Below are positions 1 to 7,848 of a stretch of 12,548 nt of DNA, in pieces (position 1 is the stretch's first letter; every line of letters starts with the position of its first letter). The stretch is from NCBI GenBank assembly GCA_964399335.1, contig CAYNQI010000028.1, forward strand, positions 1 through 12,548, written 5' to 3'. The notes beneath the pieces are model-generated. The model was not told the origin of the DNA, ran no database searches, and saw only the letters and a program-made list of their open reading frames with translations. A program made the translations under genes and the position numbers. The DNA comes from an uncultured Thermoplasmata archaeon. GTDB taxonomy: Archaea; Thermoplasmatota; Thermoplasmata; Halarchaeoplasmatales; Halarchaeoplasmataceae.

Positions 1-23
1 AAAAATAGCATGGTAGGTTGAAC

Positions 24-3000
24 ATGAAAGGAGACGTATTGATAATCGGCGGCGGTATCTCCGGTGTACAAACGGCACTTGACCTGGCCGATAAGGGGTA
101 CGAAGTTGTTATTGTAGATCGAGCCCCCAGTATCGGTGGAAACATGGTCAAACTGGATAAGACCTTCCCCACGAACGACTGTTCTATATGTATATCCGCA
201 CCAAAGATGGTGGAAACCAGCAGGCATGAAAACATAACTCTTCTAACGTATTCAGAAGTTAAAGAAGTGAATGGTAGTGCCGGTGGTTTCAACATCAAGG
301 TTTGGAAAAGAACAAAATATGTAGATCCAGATGAGTGTACTGGATGTGGGGACTGTGAAAAAGTTTGTCCGGTAGAGGTACCAAATGAGTTTGATGAAAA
401 ATTGTCCACTAGAAAAGCTATCTATGTAGAGTATCCCCAGTCCGTACCACTTTCCTACACCATAGATTATGAGAACTGTGTAGGTTGTGGTGCTTGTGAA
501 AGGGTATGCGATGCAGGCTCTATCCACTTCTTAGAGAAATCTGAAGAGGTAGACCTTTCCGTAGGTAGTATCGTGGTCGCGACCGGATACGAGATGATGG
601 AACCCGACGTATGGAGGGAAGAGTACGGGTACGGTGAATATGATGACGTGCTCACCGCTATGGAGTATGAAAGATTACTCTCCTCCTCGGGTCCAACGGA
701 AGGTAAGATATTGAAGCCTTCTGATGGCGAAGAACCAGAAAGTATTGCTTGGATACAGTGTGTAGGTTCTAGATGTAAACAGAAAGGTATGCCCTACTGT
801 TCTAGAGTCTGCTGTATGTATGCGACCAAAGAAGCATCCATAACGAAAAATGACAACCCGGATATGGAAACTTCCATACACTACATGGATATGAGAACCT
901 ATGGTAAAGATTTCCAGCAGTATTACGATAAAGCCAAGGTCAACGGTGTGAATTATTACAGGGGTAGGCCTTCTAGGGTCTATGAAACAGAAGATGGAAA
1001 GTTAGCCATCGAATACGAGGACACTGAGAAAGGAGAGGTTAAAACAAACATCGTAGATATGGTGGTCCTTTCATCTGCTATAGTCCCCTCAAGCGGTAAC
1101 GAAAAGTTGGCTGATATTTTAGGTGTTGAAACCGATGAAAACGGTTTTTTCCGATCCGAAGATATTTTGACCGCTCCTATGGATTCCACAAGAGATGGTA
1201 TATATCTAGCAGGATGTTCTCAATCCCCAAAAGATATACCCGACAGTGTAGCACAAGCCAGTGGTGCTGCAGCTAGAGCCATGGGACCGATAAAGGACAG
1301 AAAAAGAAAGGGTAAAGCAGAGAAACCAGCTGAAAGGGATGTATCCGGAGAGCAACCCAGGATAGGTGTCTTCGTCTGCGACTGTGGTAAGAACATCGCT
1401 AATTACGTTGACGTACCAAGTGTGGCAGAATCCGTGAAAAAGGTACCCGGTGTAGTTCATGTTGACGAAAGTATGTTCGCTTGTTCCGAGGATGCTCAAT
1501 CTAAGATCAAGGAAGCTATTGAAGAGCACGATCTGAACAGGATAGTAGTTTCAGCTTGTTCACCTAGAACCCATGCAGACCTGTTCCAAGATACCATGGA
1601 AGAAGTCGGTTTGAACCGATATCTTTTCGAGATGGCAAACATCAGAAATCAGTGCAGCTGGGTTCACAGTGATGACCCGGAAAAGGCTACCAAGAAAGCG
1701 AAGATATTGACCAAGATGGCAGTAGCCAAGGCTAAGCAGTTATCAGCACTTACAGAACATGAGATCGAGGTCGGTGACAGAACGTTGGTCATAGGTGGAG
1801 GTCCAGCAGGTATGAAAACCGCTCTTAGCTTAGCGGATGCCGGTCAAGATGTAACTTTAGTCGAAAAGGAGGACAAACTCGGAGGAAAATTACTCAGATT
1901 GAATACCTTATTCCCGAGTGATATCGATTCTAGAGAATTGGCCAAGAAGATGGCCCACCAGATCGATGAAACTGATAATATCAGAGTGCTGACATCTTCA
2001 CAGGTCAAAGATATCGACGGTTACATCGGTAACTACGAAGTCACCATCGAAGACGAAAAGATAGAGGTCGATACCATCGTATTAACGACCGGTTTCAAAG
2101 AGATCGACCCAGATGACTTTTATGGATATAAAGATGACAGTCGGATCATGACACAGCTTGAACTCGATGAGGCATTAGCTTCGGATGAACTCGAGGATCC
2201 AAAAAATGTAGTGTTCATCAATTGTGTCGGCGCTCTAGAAGAGGATCGACCATGGTGCTGTAGAGTGGGTTGTGGAAACTCTCTTAAGAATGCAAAAGCC
2301 ATCAGAGAAAAATATCCGGATTCAAACGTTTACATCTTATACAAAGACATGAGGGTCTTCGGAAAGGACGAAGAAGAATACTATATGGATGTTGAGGGAG
2401 AAGACGGAGTGATCTTCCTAAGATATTCCACGGAGAACAAACCCGAAGTCACTCCTTCAGAGGACGGCCTTCACATAAAGGTCCACGATAACTTACTCGA
2501 TGAAGATGTAGAACTCGATTCCGATCTACTGGTTCTGGCCATGCAGTTAGAAGGTGACGAATCCACTTCTGAACTCAAGAAGATGTTGAAAGTATCTTCG
2601 GATAACGCTGGATTCTACATGGAAGCACACGCAAAACTAAGACCACTAGAGTTCCCATCAGAAGGAGTATATTTAGCGGGTGGGGCACATTATCCGAAGA
2701 ACATCTCAGATACATTATCCCAGGCCGATGGTGCAGCATCTAAGGCAGCCATACCCATGATGCGTGGATACACCAAGAGTGAAGGTATAATCGCGGTCAT
2801 AGATGATGATATCTGCAGTGGATGTAAGATGTGTATCTCGGTCTGTCCATACGGTGCAATAGAGGCAAACGAAGAAGAAGGGATCGCTGAGATCACTGAC
2901 GTACTCTGTAAAGGCTGTGGTTCATGTGCTAGTGTGTGTCCGGTTGGTGCTATAGATCAGAAGGGATTCGAAGATGATATGATCGATGCCATGATCAAAG

Positions 3001-3035
3001 CGGCTTTGATCGAAAGCGAGGAGGTGATCCGATGA
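24..3035 (+). CDS. hdrA: Heterodisulfide reductase subunit A, large tandem (two-FAD-module) form, ~1003 aa
   Basis: Two Rossmann motifs (IIGGGISG, VIGGGPAG); LDKTFPTNDCSIC; inserted ferredoxin CTGCGDCEKVCP / CVGCGACERVC; CVGSR...CSRVCCMYATK; internal HdrA N-terminal-type domain (VFVCDCG...ACS...ACSPRTH...CSWVH); C-terminal ferredoxin CSGCKMCISVCP / CKGCGSCASVCP. I prefer ATG 24 over the TTG 18 in the ORF track because the SD-like GGTAGG at 12-17 is better spaced for it. Confidence 0.95.
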   Translation: MKGDVLIIGGGISGVQTALDLADKGYEVVIVDRAPSIGGNMVKLDKTFPTNDCSICISAPKMVETSRHENITLLTYSEVKEVNGSAGGFNIKVWKRTKYVDPDECTGCGDCEKVCPVEVPNEFDEKLSTRKAIYVEYPQSVPLSYTIDYENCVGCGACERVCDAGSIHFLEKSEEVDLSVGSIVVATGYEMMEPDVWREEYGYGEYDDVLTAMEYERLLSSSGPTEGKILKPSDGEEPESIAWIQCVGSRCKQKGMPYCSRVCCMYATKEASITKNDNPDMETSIHYMDMRTYGKDFQQYYDKAKVNGVNYYRGRPSRVYETEDGKLAIEYEDTEKGEVKTNIVDMVVLSSAIVPSSGNEKLADILGVETDENGFFRSEDILTAPMDSTRDGIYLAGCSQSPKDIPDSVAQASGAAARAMGPIKDRKRKGKAEKPAERDVSGEQPRIGVFVCDCGKNIANYVDVPSVAESVKKVPGVVHVDESMFACSEDAQSKIKEAIEEHDLNRIVVSACSPRTHADLFQDTMEEVGLNRYLFEMANIRNQCSWVHSDDPEKATKKAKILTKMAVAKAKQLSALTEHEIEVGDRTLVIGGGPAGMKTALSLADAGQDVTLVEKEDKLGGKLLRLNTLFPSDIDSRELAKKMAHQIDETDNIRVLTSSQVKDIDGYIGNYEVTIEDEKIEVDTIVLTTGFKEIDPDDFYGYKDDSRIMTQLELDEALASDELEDPKNVVFINCVGALEEDRPWCCRVGCGNSLKNAKAIREKYPDSNVYILYKDMRVFGKDEEEYYMDVEGEDGVIFLRYSTENKPEVTPSEDGLHIKVHDNLLDEDVELDSDLLVLAMQLEGDESTSELKKMLKVSSDNAGFYMEAHAKLRPLEFPSEGVYLAGGAHYPKNISDTLSQADGAASKAAIPMMRGYTKSEGIIAVIDDDICSGCKMCISVCPYGAIEANEEEGIAEITDVLCKGCGSCASVCPVGAIDQKGFEDDMIDAMIKAALIESEEVIR
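3020..3029 (+). promoter_or_regulatory. Ribosome-binding site of mvhD (GGAGGTGATC)
   Basis: 10-nt match to the complement of the 16S rRNA 3' tail (GAUCACCUCC), lying within the last codons of hdrA just upstream of ATG 3032. Confidence 0.75.
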
Positions 3036-3460
3036 GTGAACAGTTCGAACCCAGGATCATAGCGTTTTTGTGCAATTGGTGTAGTTACGCCGGTGCGGAT
3101 CTAGCTGGAGTAAGTAGGGAACAGTACCCTCCTAATATACTGAACATCAAGGTCATGTGCTCGTCTAGGGTTTCACCCGAACACGTTTTCGAATCGTTCA
3201 AAGACGGTGCCGACGGTGTTTTAGTAGCTGGGTGCCATCCAGGTGACTGCCATTATATCGATGGGAATTACAAAACTATGAGGAAGCACGAACTGTTGAA
3301 AACGATGTTGAAAGACTTCGGTATCGATCCTGATAGACTAAAATTGGAATGGGTCTCATCTGCTGAAGGTGGGAAGTTTGCAAGGATCATGAGAGAGATG
3401 ACCGAAGAGATCAGGGAACTGGGACCACTTGAATTAGATGGTCATGAGGTGGAAGAATGA
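3032..3460 (+). CDS. mvhD: Methyl-viologen-reducing hydrogenase delta subunit ([2Fe-2S] MvhD/FlpD family)
   Basis: FLCNWCSYAGAD, MCSSRV, GCHPGDCHY and WVSSAEG motifs; ATGA overlap with hdrA; SD GGAGGTGATC at 3020-3029. Confidence 0.95.
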   Translation: MSEQFEPRIIAFLCNWCSYAGADLAGVSREQYPPNILNIKVMCSSRVSPEHVFESFKDGADGVLVAGCHPGDCHYIDGNYKTMRKHELLKTMLKDFGIDPDRLKLEWVSSAEGGKFARIMREMTEEIRELGPLELDGHEVEE

Positions 3461-4428
3461 GCGAAAAAAAGAAGATCGGTTTCTACTGGTGCGGTGCCTG
3501 TGGAGGATGTGAAGTAAGTGTTTTAGACATCGATGAGATGATCTTGGATGTTGTTGACCAGGCTGATATAGTGTTCTGGCCCTGCGCCATGGACTTGAAG
3601 TATTCAGATGTAGAAGACATGGAAGACGACGAGATGGATTTTATCTTCATAAACGGTTCCATACGGTCCGAGGAGAACGAGGAACTGGTAAAATTATTGA
3701 GGAAAAAGAGTAAGAACGTGGTAGCATACGGTTCCTGTTCCAGTATCGGTGGACTCTTCGGATTGGGTAATCTGTACAGTAGAGAATCTTTACTTGAAAC
3801 GGGTTACACAACTGAGTCTACGGAAGGTGAACTGATACCTCAAAAGAAAAGTGAAGTCCAAGAAGGAGAGTTAGACCTTCCAGAATTGAATCATCACGTA
3901 GTACCTTTGAAAGAGATCATAGAAGTAGATTATTTCTTACCTGGTTGTCCACCACTGCCTAATCAGTTGGAGGAAGCTTTCCCAGCACTATTGGGCGATG
4001 AAGAAGTCGGTAAATACGATCTGATCTCTGAGAAAAGCGTATGTGATGTTTGTCCACTAGAAAGAGAAGAAAAAAAGATAGAAGAGTTGAAACCGATACA
4101 AGAAGTGAATTTGAACCCAGATGACTGTATATTGGATCAAGGTGTATTGTGTATGGGACCTGCTACGGCAGGTATGTGCGATGCACCGTGTCCCGAAGTG
4201 GGTCATCCGTGTATCGGGTGTAATGGACCTGTAAGAGGAGTAGCTGACCAGGGTGGTAGAATGGCTTCTGCCTTGGCATCGGTCATCGCCATCGAAGGTG
4301 AAGAAAAAAGAACTGAAAAAGAAGTGCACGAAACCATGAAATCCGTAAGGGATCCAACTGGGTCTTTCTACCGATTCAGTCTTCCCAGCAGTATACTCCA
4401 GTTTAAAAGGGGTGATTCAGATGAGTGA
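3457..4428 (+). CDS. mvhG: [NiFe] hydrogenase small subunit, MvhG type
   Basis: Proximal-cluster motifs CGACGGC, AYGSC, PGCPP; C-terminal CDVC...CILDQGVLCMGPAT...CDAPCP...CIGCNGP; no Tat signal peptide visible; lies between mvhD and mvhA. Confidence 0.93.
   Translation: MSEKKKIGFYWCGACGGCEVSVLDIDEMILDVVDQADIVFWPCAMDLKYSDVEDMEDDEMDFIFINGSIRSEENEELVKLLRKKSKNVVAYGSCSSIGGLFGLGNLYSRESLLETGYTTESTEGELIPQKKSEVQEGELDLPELNHHVVPLKEIIEVDYFLPGCPPLPNQLEEAFPALLGDEEVGKYDLISEKSVCDVCPLEREEKKIEELKPIQEVNLNPDDCILDQGVLCMGPATAGMCDAPCPEVGHPCIGCNGPVRGVADQGGRMASALASVIAIEGEEKRTEKEVHETMKSVRDPTGSFYRFSLPSSILQFKRGDSDE
4409..4416 (+). promoter_or_regulatory. Ribosome-binding site of mvhA (GGGGTGAT)
   Basis: SD-like octamer 4 nt before ATG 4421; the identical octamer precedes hdrB. 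Confidence 0.65.
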
Positions 4429-5887
4429 GGAAAATAAGATTTCAATAGACCCTATAACAAGATTAGAAGGTCACGGTAAGATAGAGATATTTTTAGATGA
4501 TGACAAGAACGTAAAGAATGCATATCTTCAGGTTCCGGAATTCAAAGGTTTTGAGAAATTTTGTGAAGGCAGAAGAGCAGAGGATATGCCGACCATAACC
4601 AGCAGGATATGCGGTGTTTGTCCAGTAGCACATCATCTGGCTTCCACAAAAGCCTTGGACCAAGCTTATGATGTTGAACCCCCTGAACCTGCTAAGAAGC
4701 TGAGAGAACTTTTCTATAACGGTTACATCTATGCAGATCACCTACTGCACTTTTACTACCTGGCAAGCCCAGATTTTTTGGTAGGTGTCGATGCTCCTAA
4801 AGAAGCTAGAAATATCCTGGGAGTCATAGAAAAGGTCGGATTGGATATAGGTAAAAAGGTGATCAAACAGAGGGGTAAAGGTCAGAAGATCATCAGTATG
4901 CTCGGAGGTAAAGCAGTCCATCCTTGTTTCGGTGTTCCAGGTGGTGTGACGAAATCATTGAGTGCTGAAGAAAGACAACAACTCATAGAGATGTCCGAAG
5001 ACATGGTGGATTTCGCTAAGTTCACTTTAGATCTATTCAAGGATAAAGTAGTAGGTGAGTTCGAAGATGTCATCAAAGAGGACAAGTTAGAAGTTTACAG
5101 TATGGGTCTTACTCAAGATGGTAAACTCAGCCACACTGGAGGTGTGGTCAACGTTGTCGATCCCGAAGGTAAGGATTTTGCTCAATTCACAGATAAAGAT
5201 TATCTAGATGTGATAAGAGAACACACTGAATCGTGGAGTTACATGAAGTTCCCTTACCTGAAGGACATAGGATGGAAGGGATTTGAAGAAGGTGAAGACT
5301 CCGGAGTTTACAGAGTTGGCACATTAGGAAGGATCAATGCCTGCGACGGCATGAAGACTGAATTAGCGCAGGAAGAATATGAAGAGATGTTCGACACCTT
5401 GGGGTATCCGGTCCATTCCACACTTGCATATCACTGGGCCCGGTTGATAGAAATTTTACAGTCCGCTGAATTGATCCAAGAATTAGCTCAAGATGAAGAC
5501 TTAGAAAGCGATAATATCAGGAACGAACCAGGTGAACCCGGTAAGGGCGTTGGTATAGTTGAAGCTGCTAGAGGTACGTTGATTCACGATTATGAACTAG
5601 ATGATGATGGTTTAGTTAAGGAGTCTAACTTGATAGTAGCTACAAACCATAATGCAGCCCCGATATCTATGAGTGTTAGGGATGCTGCAAAGAAGTACGT
5701 CGATGCCGGTGACATACAGGAAGGCATGCTCAACAGTGTAGAAAGAGCGTTCAGGGCCTACGACCCATGCCTTGCTTGTGCGACCCATTCGACCATGGGA
5801 GAAACTCCGCTCAAGGTGAACATCTACGACTCGAAAGGTGAAAAGTATCGTGAACTTAACCAGGGATTAGGTGGTGAGGAACAATGA
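4421..5887 (+). CDS. mvhA: [NiFe] hydrogenase large subunit, group 3c (MvhA) type, ~488 aa
   Basis: ITRLEGHG; L1 [11 protein letters not shown] (4604-4636); L2 DPCLACATH (5762-5788) followed by a 32-aa C-terminal extension. I prefer ATG 4421 over GTG 4412, which lies inside the SD GGGGTGAT at 4409-4416. The group 3c call rests on the mvhD/hdr context. Confidence 0.93.
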   Translation: MSEENKISIDPITRLEGHGKIEIFLDDDKNVKNAYLQVPEFKGFEKFCEGRRAEDMPTITSRICGVCPVAHHLASTKALDQAYDVEPPEPAKKLRELFYNGYIYADHLLHFYYLASPDFLVGVDAPKEARNILGVIEKVGLDIGKKVIKQRGKGQKIISMLGGKAVHPCFGVPGGVTKSLSAEERQQLIEMSEDMVDFAKFTLDLFKDKVVGEFEDVIKEDKLEVYSMGLTQDGKLSHTGGVVNVVDPEGKDFAQFTDKDYLDVIREHTESWSYMKFPYLKDIGWKGFEEGEDSGVYRVGTLGRINACDGMKTELAQEEYEEMFDTLGYPVHSTLAYHWARLIEILQSAELIQELAQDEDLESDNIRNEPGEPGKGVGIVEAARGTLIHDYELDDDGLVKESNLIVATNHNAAPISMSVRDAAKKYVDAGDIQEGMLNSVERAFRAYDPCLACATHSTMGETPLKVNIYDSKGEKYRELNQGLGGEEQ

Positions 5888-6279
5888 AAGTAGATAGAAG
5901 CAAAAAAGCCATGGAATTTTTGGATAAAGTTGAAGAGTTATCCGGAGAATCGGTCAATGCATGTATAAGATGTGGAACCTGTTCAGCTGGATGTCCTTTT
6001 GTTGAAGATATGGACGTATTACCGGAGCGGATATTCAAAAGGATAGTTCTTGGTGATAAAGAAGGGATCTTAGAGAAAAACACCATGTGGATATGTGCGG
6101 CCTGTTTCACCTGCAGCGTAAGATGTCCCAGGGACATAGATATCGCCAAGATAATGGAGGCCGTCAGGCAGATAGTACTTCGAGACAACATCGACATGGT
6201 AGATATAGATGAAGTAGAAAATATGAAAGAGCTCCCACAGCTTGCAGTAGTTGGCTGTTTCAGGAAGGAGACGGGGTGA
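5884..6279 (+). CDS. hdrC: Heterodisulfide reductase subunit C (short, 2x[4Fe-4S])
   Basis: CIRCGTCSAGCP and WICAACFTCSVRCPRDI motifs; 131 aa; directly upstream of the CCG-domain gene. Confidence 0.9.
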   Translation: MKVDRSKKAMEFLDKVEELSGESVNACIRCGTCSAGCPFVEDMDVLPERIFKRIVLGDKEGILEKNTMWICAACFTCSVRCPRDIDIAKIMEAVRQIVLRDNIDMVDIDEVENMKELPQLAVVGCFRKETG

Positions 6280-6280
6280 T
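6273..6280 (+). promoter_or_regulatory. Ribosome-binding site of hdrB (GGGGTGAT)
   Basis: Overlaps the hdrC stop codon, 3 nt before ATG 6284. Confidence 0.65.
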
Positions 6281-6283
6281 AAC

Positions 6284-7135
6284 ATGGAAGAAGGATACCT
6301 ATATTATCCCGGATGTACTCTAAAAACCAAAGCCAGTGATTACGAAGAAAGTGCCATGGCCGTCATGGAAGCCCTAGGAAAACCTCTGGTGGAGATGGAT
6401 GATTGGTACTGCTGTGGTGCAGTACAGTCTTTGACTGAAGACGACATAATGCATCAGATAGCACCGATAAGGACCATGTGCTGTGCCCAGGAACAGGGTG
6501 AAAAAGAAGTCGTTACCTTGTGTGATATGTGTTACAACGTTTTAAAGCAGGCTAACGAAAGGATGAAAGAAAAACCTGATGACCTGGAAACTATGAATGA
6601 GTTCTTGACCGAGGACCCTGATTACTTAGGCGAAGTCGATGTTCATCATATATTCGAGATATTAAGGGATATGAAAGATGAGATCAAAAAGAAAGTTAAA
6701 AAACCGATTACCGATCTAAAGATCGCACCATATTATGGGTGTATGTTGTTAAGGCCTGATCATGTGGCGATAGATGATACCGAGGACCCCCATATCATGG
6801 AGGGTCTCCTTGAAACCATCGGTGCAGATGTTATCCACAACCCCAAAAGGACCGAATGCTGTGGTTCCTATCACACCGTCAATCGAAGTGATATCGTTGA
6901 GAAGCGGGTTGAGGATATCGTGTCAAGGGCTGTAAAAGATGGTGCCGATGCCATCGCTTTATCCTGTCCGTTATGTCAATTCAATCTCGATTTCCATCAA
7001 AGAAATACCGATTACGATATACCGGTATTCTATTTGACAGAACTCATTGCACTAGCTATGGGTATCGAAGTCGGGATGGAAAAACACAAGATCGATCCGA
7101 GATCATTACTGAAAGATAAAAAAATCCTGGAGTGA
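6284..7135 (+). CDS. hdrB: Heterodisulfide reductase subunit B (two CCG domains), ~283 aa
   Basis: YYPGC-x31-CC-x35-CDMC and YYGC-x38-CC-x34-CPLC; all ten CCG cysteines are present. I prefer ATG 6284 (SD GGGGTGAT at 6273-6280) over TTG 6251. Confidence 0.92.
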   Translation: MEEGYLYYPGCTLKTKASDYEESAMAVMEALGKPLVEMDDWYCCGAVQSLTEDDIMHQIAPIRTMCCAQEQGEKEVVTLCDMCYNVLKQANERMKEKPDDLETMNEFLTEDPDYLGEVDVHHIFEILRDMKDEIKKKVKKPITDLKIAPYYGCMLLRPDHVAIDDTEDPHIMEGLLETIGADVIHNPKRTECCGSYHTVNRSDIVEKRVEDIVSRAVKDGADAIALSCPLCQFNLDFHQRNTDYDIPVFYLTELIALAMGIEVGMEKHKIDPRSLLKDKKILE

Positions 7136-7141
7136 TATGAT

Positions 7142-7846
7142 ATGAGTGAAGATGAAGAAAATAGAGAGATGATCGAAATATTCGTTATGGGTAAAAGATA
7201 CAAGGTCCCGAAGGGACTCACCATAATGACAGCACTCGAATACGCTGGATACAAGTTCGTTAGAGGCTGTGGATGTAGAGGTGGGTTCTGTGGTGCCTGT
7301 GCCACGATATATAGAACTGAAGATGAGTATAAATTCAAGATGGATCTAGCCTGTCAAACCGCCGTACAAGACGGTATGTTCTTAGTACAGCTTCCTTTCG
7401 TACCGGCTGTTAGAGAGGATTTTGACATAGAAGAAGTGGATCCAAAAGACAACGACAACGTTATGCTTGATTATTACTCTGAGATAGCAAGATGTGTTTC
7501 CTGTAACACTTGTACCAAAGCATGCCCACAGGACATAGAAGTGATGGATTATGTTCAAGCAGCGCTGCGAGGTGACATCGAGAGATGCGCTGAACTTTCC
7601 TTCGACTGTATCCAGTGTGGTCTCTGTTCGATAAGATGCCCGGCGGATATCAAACATTATCACTTAGCTCAGTTAGCTCGCAGGATAACTGGAAGATACA
7701 TACACGAGCATAGCGAGGAACTCGAAAAGCGTGTTCAAAAGATCAAGAACGGAGAATATGATGATAAGATGAAAGAGATGGTAGAGATGGAGATGGAAGA
7801 ACTCAAAAAACTTTACGAAGAAAGAGATATACGGGAGGAGGGATAA
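7142..7846 (+). CDS. SdhB/FrdB/TfrB-like iron-sulfur subunit ([2Fe-2S] + 2x[4Fe-4S]), soluble
   Basis: C45-x4-C50-x2-C53...C71 [2Fe-2S] motif (CRGGFCGAC...LACQ); CVSCNTCTKACP and CIQCGLCSIRCP; adjacent to the Sdh/Frd-family flavoprotein; no CCG domain or transmembrane segment. Confidence 0.8.
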   Translation: MSEDEENREMIEIFVMGKRYKVPKGLTIMTALEYAGYKFVRGCGCRGGFCGACATIYRTEDEYKFKMDLACQTAVQDGMFLVQLPFVPAVREDFDIEEVDPKDNDNVMLDYYSEIARCVSCNTCTKACPQDIEVMDYVQAALRGDIERCAELSFDCIQCGLCSIRCPADIKHYHLAQLARRITGRYIHEHSEELEKRVQKIKNGEYDDKMKEMVEMEMEELKKLYEERDIREEG

Positions 7847-7848
7847 AG

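Noticed and set aside
1-23. Promoter or upstream gene end before hdrA
   Set aside because: Only 23 nt are visible and all three frames contain stops, so neither a promoter nor an upstream operon member can be established.
3032-5887. Selenocysteine recoding in MvhD, MvhA or HdrA
   Set aside because: All ligand positions are Cys codons, and the TGA codons occur only at gene ends that overlap the next start.
24-7135. Treating hdrABC-mvhADG as evidence of methanogenesis
   Set aside because: These genes are widespread in non-methanogens; no mcr, mtr or fwd genes are present, and HdrB lacks the HxGCH signature.
7137-7145. Two-codon mini-ORF ATG ATA TGA between hdrB and the Fe-S gene, overlapping its ATG
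   Set aside because: It is too close to the SD (GGAGTGAT 7129-7136) to initiate well and is easily a chance product of GATAT duplication. It cannot be supported without ribosome profiling.
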